Assembly (NCBI GenBank): GCA_022818785.1
Contig: CP063811.1
Span: forward strand, 22,600 to 39,734
From: Bacteroides sp.
GTDB lineage: Bacteria > Bacteroidota > Bacteroidia > G022818785
Reading direction: 5' to 3'
Length of the DNA stretch: 17,135 bases
The number at the start of each line of letters is the position of its first letter. Position 1 is the stretch's first letter. Below are positions 8,767-17,135 of this stretch, in pieces. The position numbers and the translations under genes are program-made. Below the pieces are notes generated by a model, which had not been told where the DNA came from, did no database searches, and was given only the letters and a program-made list of their open reading frames with translations.

Positions 8767-11700
8767 TTATTTTTTTTTATAAAAATTTAATAAAACTTTA
8801 CTGTTTAATTCTATACAATATTGTATTTTACTAGAATACAATAATAATAACAAATTGTTAAAAGATATACTTTTTTTTACAAATTTTAAATCATTTTTGA
8901 TATAAAGCGGTATATCTTTTTTATCATTTGATATGTATGTTTGTATTATAGCGTTATTATTTTTGATAATAATGGATTTAATAAAATCCCGTAATATATA
9001 TGTAATACTATAAATATTAACAATATTATAGAATTTATTACCATTATTATTGGTTTTTATATATAATTCTATATAAATAATATTATTTTCTTTAATTAGA
9101 TTTTTATATTTGTTTATTTTATCTCCATATAAAATTAATATAATATTGCTGTAATAATATTCTAGATTGAACTTACAATATTTATATTTATTGTTTGAAA
9201 AAATTATATTATTTACTATTCCATAACAAGTTATTTTTGTATTTGCTTGAAATAAATTTGAATTTTCTATTGATGTATTGCAAATATAATCCATAACTGC
9301 TTTATATTTATTTAAAGGATTTTCGGAAATATATACACCTATAGTATCTTTTTCATATTTTAATTTTGTTGACAATGCCCATGGTATAAATTTAGGAATT
9401 TTAAAATATTGAACATCATTATTATCTGCATTATTATCAAATAATAATTTTTGTTTATTTTGTTTAATAGATTGATAATAACTAGATAATTTAATTAATA
9501 ATTCTATAAAGCTATTATCATTCTTTTTTGTAAAAAAAACCTCTCTACTCAAATTACCAAAACAATCAAAAGCACCACTGTATACTAAACTTTCATAAGA
9601 TGTTTTGTTCACTATTCTATTTTGAGTTCTTTTTGCAAAATCAAAAATTGATTTATATGCCCCATTTTGTTTTCTTTCTTCTAAAATATTTTCTACAGCT
9701 TTAATGCCTAATCCTTTTATTGCAATTAATCCAAATCTTATTTTTTTGTCTTTATTAACAGAAAATTTATATTGGCTATCATTAATATCAGGACCTAATA
9801 CATGAATATTATTACTAATACATTCTTTAATTATAAAAGATATTTTGTCTATATTTATTTGTACATTTAAAACTGAAGCCATAAAATATGGCCCAAAATG
9901 ACTTTTTAAATAAGCCGTTTGATACGCTAATATTGCATAACAAGTAGAATGTGATTTATTAAAAGCATAAGAAGCAAATGATTCTAAATCATTCCATATT
10001 TTCTTACATATCTTAATATCTCTGTTATATTGTTTACATCCCTTTATATATTTATCATAAATATTTGATAAATCTTTTTTTAATTTTTTGCCCATTACTT
10101 TTCTCAAATGATCTGCTTCATACTTAGTAAATCCTGCTATATCTTGTGATATTTTCATAACTTGTTCTTGATATATAATAATTCCGTATGTATCTGATAG
10201 ATAATTTTTCATTTCAGGAAAATAATATTGGATTTTTTCTTTTCCATGTTTACGTCTAATGAAATTAGGAATATATTCCATAGGACCAGGTCTGTATAAA
10301 GCATTCATAGCAATTAAATCATCAATTTTATCAGGTTTTAATTGTTTTAAATATTTCTGCATACCCAAACTTTCGAATTGAAATATACCATTGGTTTTAC
10401 CATTTTGAAATAAAAGAAAAGTTTTATAATCATTTAATGGAATATTGTATATATCAAAATCTTTATATTGATGATCTTCCTTAATCATTTTGATTGTTTC
10501 TCTAATAATAGATAAGGTTTTTAATCCTAAAAAATCCATTTTTAAAAGTCCTGCTTCTTCTATTACTTTTCCGTCATACTGAGTAATTAAATATTTAGAT
10601 TCTTTTGATTTACAAACAGGTATGTATTCAGTTATATTTTTAGGAGCAATTATTATACCTGCAGCATGTATACCGGTGTTTCTTACAGATCCTTCTAATA
10701 AAGAAGCATGTTTAATAACTGATGCAGACAATGTATTAGAATTGTAAATTTTTTTAATATTATTGAGATTATTTATTTCTTCATAAGAATATCCTATCTT
10801 TTTAAATTCGGTTTCATTTGATTTTAAAATATTTTTTAATGTAATTGATTTATCAGGAATTAATTTACTAAGACGATTTGAAATGTCAATAGGTAACTCT
10901 AATACTCTAGCAACATCTTTAATAGACATTTTTGCAGCCATTGATCCATATGTTATTATATGTGCTACTTGATAATATCCATATTTATTAACTACATAAT
11001 CAATAACTTTTTGCCTTCCTTCATTATCAAAATCAATATCAATATCAGGCATACTAGTCCTATTAGGATTTAAAAAACGTTCAAATAATAAATTATATTT
11101 TATAGGATCTATATTAGTAATTCCTATACAATAGGATACTATACTACCAGCAGCTGACCCTCTGCCAGGGCCTACCATAACTCCCATTTTTTTACTTGCA
11201 TTAATACAATCATATACAATTAAAAAATAGCTTGAAAATCCCATTTGTTTAATAGTAGTAAGTTCAAAATTGATTTTATCAATTATTTCATTTGATATAA
11301 AAGAATATCTATTTTTGGCACCTAAATAAGTTATATGTCTTAGATAATCATCAACATTTTTAAATTTCTTAGGATAAGAGAAATCAGGTAATGTTATATT
11401 TCTTTTTAAATTATATTTATCAACTTTATCTACAATTTCTTGTGTATTATCTAATGCTTCTGGAATATCGCTAAACAATAGCGACATTTCTTTTAAAGTT
11501 TTGAAATAAAATTCATTATTAGGAAATCCAAATCTGTAATGTTTGCCTCTTCCTATAGGAGTTTTTTTTAATGATCCTGTATTAATACATAAAAGGCTAT
11601 CATGAGCATCATGATCAGATTTATCTACATAATGAACATCATTTGATGCTATTATTTTAACTTTATATTTTTTTGCCCATATTAATAATACATTGTTTAT

Positions 11701-12258
11701 TTTATCTTGACCTTTTATATTATGTCTTTGAAGTTCTATATAATAATCTTTTTCAAAGATATTCAACCACCATTTAAATATTTCTTCAGCTTCTAATAGA
11801 TTATCATCTAATATATTTCTAGATATTTCTGAATTCATACAACATGTAGTAGCAATTAATCCTTTATGATATTGTTGTACAAGGTATTTATCTATTCTAG
11901 GCCATTTGTTATATAAACCATCTATATAACCTAATGAACATAATTTCACCAAATTATTATAACCTGTAATATTTTTAGCTAATAATAATTGGTGAAATCT
12001 TTTATCAGGATTAAATTTGTCAAAATTTTTTATCATTCTATCTTTTACTAGATAAAATTCACAACCTACTATTGGTTTTATATTGTATTTATTTAATTCA
12101 TTGACAAATTGAAATGATCCAAACATATTACCATGATCTGTTATTGCAATAGCATTCATATTATCTTTTTTCGCTTTTATTGCTAATTCACTAATATTAG
12201 CAGCTCCATCTAAAAGAGAATACTGTGTGTGTAAATGTAAATGTGTAAATTGAATCAT
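8767..12258 (-). CDS. dnaE: DNA polymerase III subunit alpha
   Basis: PHP motifs HLHLHTQYSLLDG and TDHGN, GPGRGSAAGS, FERFLNPNR, catalytic PDIDIDF and KMDFLGL, YAFNKSH, and a clamp-binding-like QKLLF. Confidence 0.97.
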   Translation of the reverse strand: MIQFTHLHLHTQYSLLDGAANISELAIKAKKDNMNAIAITDHGNMFGSFQFVNELNKYNIKPIVGCEFYLVKDRMIKNFDKFNPDKRFHQLLLAKNITGYNNLVKLCSLGYIDGLYNKWPRIDKYLVQQYHKGLIATTCCMNSEISRNILDDNLLEAEEIFKWWLNIFEKDYYIELQRHNIKGQDKINNVLLIWAKKYKVKIIASNDVHYVDKSDHDAHDSLLCINTGSLKKTPIGRGKHYRFGFPNNEFYFKTLKEMSLLFSDIPEALDNTQEIVDKVDKYNLKRNITLPDFSYPKKFKNVDDYLRHITYLGAKNRYSFISNEIIDKINFELTTIKQMGFSSYFLIVYDCINASKKMGVMVGPGRGSAAGSIVSYCIGITNIDPIKYNLLFERFLNPNRTSMPDIDIDFDNEGRQKVIDYVVNKYGYYQVAHIITYGSMAAKMSIKDVARVLELPIDISNRLSKLIPDKSITLKNILKSNETEFKKIGYSYEEINNLNNIKKIYNSNTLSASVIKHASLLEGSVRNTGIHAAGIIIAPKNITEYIPVCKSKESKYLITQYDGKVIEEAGLLKMDFLGLKTLSIIRETIKMIKEDHQYKDFDIYNIPLNDYKTFLLFQNGKTNGIFQFESLGMQKYLKQLKPDKIDDLIAMNALYRPGPMEYIPNFIRRKHGKEKIQYYFPEMKNYLSDTYGIIIYQEQVMKISQDIAGFTKYEADHLRKVMGKKLKKDLSNIYDKYIKGCKQYNRDIKICKKIWNDLESFASYAFNKSHSTCYAILAYQTAYLKSHFGPYFMASVLNVQINIDKISFIIKECISNNIHVLGPDINDSQYKFSVNKDKKIRFGLIAIKGLGIKAVENILEERKQNGAYKSIFDFAKRTQNRIVNKTSYESLVYSGAFDCFGNLSREVFFTKKNDNSFIELLIKLSSYYQSIKQNKQKLLFDNNADNNDVQYFKIPKFIPWALSTKLKYEKDTIGVYISENPLNKYKAVMDYICNTSIENSNLFQANTKITCYGIVNNIIFSNNKYKYCKFNLEYYYSNIILILYGDKINKYKNLIKENNIIYIELYIKTNNNGNKFYNIVNIYSITYILRDFIKSIIIKNNNAIIQTYISNDKKDIPLYIKNDLKFVKKSISFNNLLLLLYSSKIQYCIELNSKVLLNFYKKK

Positions 12259-12327
12259 TTATTTATTTTTTAAATGGTAAAAAAATACTGATATTTAAAT
12301 ATTTCTATATTAATTATATAATTCGAT

Positions 12328-12780
12328 ATGTTTTCATCATATAAAAAAAACATCATGTTTATATTTTTATTAGTTATGTTAACTAATCAAAACGTATTAG
12401 CTAATTCTATAGAATTTAAAATAAAAAAAGATATAATAAATAAAAATAATATGATAACAGAATATTACTTAAAAAAATATTTTTTTTATTATAAAGCTAT
12501 TTATTGCTATGATAACGAAATTGCTTATAGTATTTATTCTAATAAAGGCTATTGTATAGAAAATATTTATTATATTAAATATAATCAGTTGCCTATAGAA
12601 GTCGTATCGGGATTTGATAAAAGTCAATATTGGAAATATCCTATTAATAAAATTATTATTATAAAAAGAACATATATTACAATATATAATATTATTATTA
12701 ATAAAAGATTTGGACAAAAACAGTATCTTTATTTTGATTTTAATGGTAGATTAATATCTAGCAATTCATCATTTTTTTAA
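12328..12780 (+). CDS. Hypothetical exported protein with a probable PepSY-like/BLIP-like C-terminal domain
   Basis: The N-terminus has KK, a hydrophobic stretch and VLA, like a signal peptide. The C-terminal pattern LP..V...F..SQY....I...Y.I...K...LYFD.NG.L resembles Bacteroidota PepSY-like repeats (recognised by eye, no search run). It fills the dnaE-lepA gap. An alternative ATG lies at 12355. Confidence 0.6.
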   Translation: MFSSYKKNIMFIFLLVMLTNQNVLANSIEFKIKKDIINKNNMITEYYLKKYFFYYKAIYCYDNEIAYSIYSNKGYCIENIYYIKYNQLPIEVVSGFDKSQYWKYPINKIIIIKRTYITIYNIIINKRFGQKQYLYFDFNGRLISSNSSFF

Positions 12781-12831
12781 ATTATAGTATGGATCTTTAA
12801 GATATTTTGTAAAAAAAATAATAATTATTAT

Positions 12832-14610
12832 ATGAAAAATATACGTAATTTTTGTATTATAGCTCATATAGATCATGGTAAAAGCACAATAGCTGATAAA
12901 TTAATACAGGAAACCAATACTTTAAAAAAAAATATAATTCAAAATCAAGTATTAGATAATATGGATTTAGAAAGGGAAAAGGGTATTACAATAAAAAGTC
13001 ATGCTATACAGATGAATTATCAATTCAAAGGTGATCAGTATATATTAAATTTAATTGATACTCCTGGACATGTAGATTTTTCATATGAAGTTTTAAGATC
13101 AATTAATGTATGTGAAGGAGCTTTATTGGTTGTAGATGCAACACAAGGTATTCAAGCTCAAACAATTGCTAATTTAAGATTAGCAATTAATCAAAATTTA
13201 AAAATAATTCCTATTTTAAACAAAATTGATATTGTTAAATCATCTTATCATGATATCATTTCTAAATTAGAATTTTTATTAAAATGCGATAAAAAAGATA
13301 TTATATTAGCTAGTGGAAAAACAGGGTTAGGAATAAATTTGATACTTCAATCTATCATACAAAATATTCCTTCTCCTAATGGTAATAATAATGAAACTTT
13401 AAAAGCTGTTATTTTTGATTCTTTTTATGATATATATAAAGGTATTATTGTTTATTGCAAAATATTACAAGGATATGTTTGCAAAGGAGATAAACTTAAA
13501 TTAAACAGTAATAAATATCACTTTACTTCTGAAGAAGTAGGTATTTTAAAAATAAAAAGATATGCGAAAAATAGTATTGAAACAGGAAATGTTGGATATA
13601 TCGTTACAGGAATTAAAAATCCTAATATTATAAAAATTGGAGATTTAATAATTAATAGTACTAGCAATTATACGCCTAATATATCAATTATTGAAAATAA
13701 TCCTACAGTTTATGCAGGAGTATATCCTATAAATAATAAAGATTATAGTTATTTTAAAACTATAATGGATAAATTAAAATTAAATGATGCTTCTATAGAG
13801 TATAAACCAGAATTTTCTAATATGTTGGGGTTAGGCTTAAGATGTGGATTTTTAGGAATGTTACATATGGATATTATTAGAGAAAGATTGATACGAGAAT
13901 TTAATATAAATGTAATGATGACTATGCCTAGTGTATCATATTTTGTATATGATAAATTTGGTAAAAAAAATATTATAAATAATCCAAGTGATATACCAAC
14001 ACAATATAAATATATTGAAGAACCATTTGTAATGGTATCTATTATCACTAAATATGAATTTATAGGAAAAGTTTTAAATTTATCTCTTGATAAGAGAGGT
14101 ATAATGCTAAATCAAAAACATATAGATAATGAAAATATTGAAATTTTAATTGAAATTCCATTATCAGAAGTTGTTTTTGATTTTTATGATAAACTTAAAA
14201 GCGTTACAAAAGGATATTCTACTTTTAATTATTATAATAATGGGTATAAGAAATCTAATTTATCTAAAATAGATATTAAATTAAATGATAAAAGTATAGA
14301 TGCTTTAGTATCATTAGTTCATTCAGAAAAAGCATATATCATAGGTAAAAATATATGTAAAAAATTAAAAGATATTTTGCCTAAAAAACAATTTGAAATT
14401 AAAATACAAGCAGTAATAAATAATAAAGTAATAGCAAGAGAAACTGTTAAATCAGTTAGAAAAGATGTCACATCTAAATGTTATGGTGGAGATATATCTA
14501 GAAAAAAGAAATTATTGAGTAAACAAAAAAAAGGGAAAAAAATTATGCAAAAATTAGGAAATATTGAAATACCTAATAATGCATTTATTTCTATTATAAA
14601 AATAAAATAA
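12832..14610 (+). CDS. lepA: Elongation factor 4 (LepA)
   Basis: IRNFCIIAHIDHGKST, REKGITIK, DTPGHVDF, NKID, CGFLGMLHM, RKDVTSKCYGGDISRK. Confidence 0.97.
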   Translation: MKNIRNFCIIAHIDHGKSTIADKLIQETNTLKKNIIQNQVLDNMDLEREKGITIKSHAIQMNYQFKGDQYILNLIDTPGHVDFSYEVLRSINVCEGALLVVDATQGIQAQTIANLRLAINQNLKIIPILNKIDIVKSSYHDIISKLEFLLKCDKKDIILASGKTGLGINLILQSIIQNIPSPNGNNNETLKAVIFDSFYDIYKGIIVYCKILQGYVCKGDKLKLNSNKYHFTSEEVGILKIKRYAKNSIETGNVGYIVTGIKNPNIIKIGDLIINSTSNYTPNISIIENNPTVYAGVYPINNKDYSYFKTIMDKLKLNDASIEYKPEFSNMLGLGLRCGFLGMLHMDIIRERLIREFNINVMMTMPSVSYFVYDKFGKKNIINNPSDIPTQYKYIEEPFVMVSIITKYEFIGKVLNLSLDKRGIMLNQKHIDNENIEILIEIPLSEVVFDFYDKLKSVTKGYSTFNYYNNGYKKSNLSKIDIKLNDKSIDALVSLVHSEKAYIIGKNICKKLKDILPKKQFEIKIQAVINNKVIARETVKSVRKDVTSKCYGGDISRKKKLLSKQKKGKKIMQKLGNIEIPNNAFISIIKIK

Positions 14611-14613
14611 AAT

Positions 14614-15507
14614 ATGATTTTATTAGATGGAAAAAAAGCATTTGATTTTTTTATAGAAAAAATTCAATATGAAACTGATTTAATAAAAAAAAACATAAAT
14701 GAATCTCCTTGCCTATGTACTATATTAGTTGGCAATAATTATTCTAGTAAATTATATGTCAATAAAAAAAATAGTATATGTAGTAAAATAGGATTTAAAA
14801 CACATTTTATTCATTATAATAATGATATAAGTGAAAAATTGTTAATTAATACTATAAAAAAAATAAATTTAAATAAAAATATAGATGGCATACTAGTACA
14901 AATGCCATTACCTAATAGTATTAATACTAATAATATAATATTAAGTATTGATCCTAATAAAGATGTAGATGGATTTCATCCAGAAAATTTAGGAAAAATG
15001 GCCTTAGGTATAGAATCATATATTTCGGCTACCCCTAAAGGTATTTTATTATTATTAGAGTATTTTAATATTACAATAAAGAATAAACACTGTGTAATTA
15101 TTGGTAGAAGCAATATAGTAGGTAAGCCTCTCAGTATGCTTTTATCTAGTAATAATGATAATTTTGGCAATGCTACTGTAACATTAGTACATAGTTATAC
15201 ACAAAATATTGAAACATATACTCGAATAGCAGATGTAATAATTATTGCCGTGGGAATACCTTATTTTTTAAAGGCTAATATGATAAAAAAAAATGCTATT
15301 ATTATAGATGTTGGTATCAATAAAATTTTTTGTAAAAAAACAAATACTTATAAAGTAATAGGAGATGTAGACTTTAATGACGTTAAAGAAAAATCATCTT
15401 ACATAAGCCCAGTACCTGGAGGAGTAGGACCTATGACTATTATAGGTTTGTTATATAATACTTTAATTTCTTTTAAAAAAAAAATAAAATATGGAAAAAC
15501 ATTATGA
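14614..15507 (+). CDS. folD: Bifunctional methylenetetrahydrofolate dehydrogenase/cyclohydrolase
   Basis: LLDGK, YVNKK, GILVQMPLP, KDVDGFHPEN, GRSNIVGKP, IDVGIN, PVPGGVGPMT. Overlaps lpdA by 17 nt. Confidence 0.96.
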   Translation: MILLDGKKAFDFFIEKIQYETDLIKKNINESPCLCTILVGNNYSSKLYVNKKNSICSKIGFKTHFIHYNNDISEKLLINTIKKINLNKNIDGILVQMPLPNSINTNNIILSIDPNKDVDGFHPENLGKMALGIESYISATPKGILLLLEYFNITIKNKHCVIIGRSNIVGKPLSMLLSSNNDNFGNATVTLVHSYTQNIETYTRIADVIIIAVGIPYFLKANMIKKNAIIIDVGINKIFCKKTNTYKVIGDVDFNDVKEKSSYISPVPGGVGPMTIIGLLYNTLISFKKKIKYGKTL

Positions 15508-16879
15508 TATAACAGTAATAGGTTCAGGTCCTGGAGGATACATAGCAGCTATTAGATCTGCTCAATTAGGATTTAAAACTGCTATTATTGAAAAATATAA
15601 ATCTTATGGTGGAACATGTTTAAATGTGGGATGTATTCCTTCTAAATATTTACTAGAAGGATCTAAATTTTATTATAAAATAATTAATGAGTCTAACCCA
15701 TATGGGATAAAATCTGATAATACTTTTATAGATTTATCTACAATGGATTATAATAAAAATAAATTAATTCAAAAAATGTCTAATGGAATTAATTTTTTAT
15801 TAAAAAAACATAATATAGATATTTATAATGGAATAGGTTCATTTATTGATGATAAGACATTAAAAATTAACAAAGATACATATAGCAATACAAAAATAAT
15901 TTCTAAAAATACAATAATTGCAACAGGATCTAAACCTAGATATATTCCTTCTGTTAATATAGATAAAAAACTAATAGTAACTTCAGCAGAAGCTTTAAAT
16001 ATAAAACAAATATATAAAGATATTGTTATTATAGGTGGTGGGGCAATTGGTATTGAACTAGCCTCTATATATGCAAGACTAGGATCTAAAGTAACTATCA
16101 TAGAATATTTTGATAATATATTACCATCTATAGATAATGATATTTCTAATATCATGCAATCAATATTAATTAAAAATCTTGATATAAAATTTATATTTAA
16201 ATGTAATATTGAAAAAGCAGTTAGCAAGGGAAATCATGTAGAAATTGTTATTTGCAATGATAAAAATCAAAGAATAATTATTAATGCTGATTATTGTATA
16301 ATCGCTATTGGTCGTTCTCCATATATTAAAAATTTACAAATAGAAAATATAAACTTAAAATTGGATAATAATTTTATTAAAGTAAATAAAAACTATGAAA
16401 CTAATGTAAAAGGTATATATGCTATAGGTGATGTTATAGGAGGTAATATGTTAGCTCATAAATCTGAAATGGAAGGAACTCTTGTAGCAGAAATTATTCA
16501 TGGAAATAAACCATTTTTTGATTATAAAAATATTCCTAATATAGTTTATACATGGCCTGAAATAGCTATAATTGGAATTAGTGAAAAAGAATTAAAATAT
16601 CAAAATCATAATTATAGAAAATCTATTTCTTTATTTGCTCATAATGGAAAAGCTAATGCTAGTAATGAAACTAATGGACAGTTAAAAGTATTAAGTGATT
16701 ATCAAACAGATGAAATATTAGGAGTTCAAATAATAGGACCTAATGCATCTGATATAATTTCTAGTGCAATATCTGCGATGACTTTTTCAGCTTCATCAGA
16801 AGATATAAAATATATGTGCTTCCCGCATCCTACATATAGTGAAATATTTAGAGAATCATGTGTAAATTTGAATAAATAA
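15491..16879 (+). CDS. lpdA: Dihydrolipoyl dehydrogenase (E3)
   Basis: IGSGPGGY, GGTCLNVGCIPSK, IATGS, GGGAIGIE, AIGDV, MLAHK, HPTYSE. Confidence 0.96.
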   Translation: MEKHYDITVIGSGPGGYIAAIRSAQLGFKTAIIEKYKSYGGTCLNVGCIPSKYLLEGSKFYYKIINESNPYGIKSDNTFIDLSTMDYNKNKLIQKMSNGINFLLKKHNIDIYNGIGSFIDDKTLKINKDTYSNTKIISKNTIIATGSKPRYIPSVNIDKKLIVTSAEALNIKQIYKDIVIIGGGAIGIELASIYARLGSKVTIIEYFDNILPSIDNDISNIMQSILIKNLDIKFIFKCNIEKAVSKGNHVEIVICNDKNQRIIINADYCIIAIGRSPYIKNLQIENINLKLDNNFIKVNKNYETNVKGIYAIGDVIGGNMLAHKSEMEGTLVAEIIHGNKPFFDYKNIPNIVYTWPEIAIIGISEKELKYQNHNYRKSISLFAHNGKANASNETNGQLKVLSDYQTDEILGVQIIGPNASDIISSAISAMTFSASSEDIKYMCFPHPTYSEIFRESCVNLNK

Positions 16880-16885
16880 AATATT

Positions 16886-17134
16886 TTATTTATCAATTTG
16901 ACAATCTATTAATATTCTACCACAATGTTCACAAAATATATATTGTTTATATTGCTTTATATCTAATTGTTTTTGAGGAGTTATTTTATTAAAACATCCA
17001 TTACAAGATTCTCTATCTACAGTTACTATAGCAAGTCCATTTTTGTGATTTGATCTTAATTTATTATATATCTTAAGAAGTGAAATATTAATATTTTTTT
17101 CTTGCAATAAAGATATATCTTTTAAATTTTTTTT
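16886..17134 (-). CDS. C4-type zinc-ribbon domain protein (zf-RING_7/DUF164-like), 5'-truncated by the window edge
   Basis: Y..LR...NGLAIVTV.RESCNGCF..I.PQ...I......CEHCGRIL. The frame stays open to the window end, so the TTG at 17107 is probably internal. Confidence 0.88.
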   Translation of the reverse strand, partial: KKNLKDISLLQEKNINISLLKIYNKLRSNHKNGLAIVTVDRESCNGCFNKITPQKQLDIKQYKQYIFCEHCGRILIDCQIDK

Positions 17135-17135
17135 T

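Noticed and set aside
12291-12323. Two 12-bp palindromes (atatttaaatat, aattatataatt) in the divergent dnaE spacer
   Set aside because: They are purely A/T in a roughly 90% AT spacer and are expected by chance.
1626-16227. Short opposite-strand ORFs in the track (1626-1808, 2861-3121, 3479-3718, 5442-5624, 8599-8790, 12469-12717, 13749-14048, 14976-15170, 15823-16227)
   Set aside because: All are antisense to better-supported genes and have no motifs; they are typical shadow ORFs.
1-17135. Alternative genetic code (UGA = Trp or UAG reassignment)
   Set aside because: Conserved genes are uninterrupted in code 11, Trp is TGG, and sucD (TGA) and pnp (TAG) stop at the expected protein ends. An intact RF1 is encoded.
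17127-17135. The window starts with A8 and ends with T9, resembling terminal inverted repeats
   Set aside because: Both are Lys-codon runs inside truncated genes and the match is only low-complexity A/T. More likely contig breaks at homopolymers.

Overview
A very AT-rich (low-20s % GC by eye), tightly packed housekeeping segment that looks like a reduced-genome Bacteroidota endosymbiont. It uses the standard code: TGG = Trp, and TAA, TAG and TGA all act as stops. Order: mnmA (5'-partial), trxB, lipA (+); pnp, fabG, sucD (-); a PAP2 phosphatase (+); tRNA-Leu(CAA), prfA, trxA, dnaE (-); a secreted PepSY-like hypothetical, lepA, folD, lpdA (+); a C4 zinc-ribbon protein (-, 5'-partial). I see no mobile elements, CRISPR arrays or defence genes. 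Two features stand out. (1) An 84-nt tRNA-Leu(CAA) is overlapped at both ends by protein genes and supplies both of their stop codons: release factor 1 (prfA) ends on a UAG in the tRNA D-loop on the same strand, and the PAP2 gene ends on a UGA antisense to the T-loop. (2) The otherwise intact pnp gene has its probable N-terminus in a different frame, with the break at or near an (AT)6 run.
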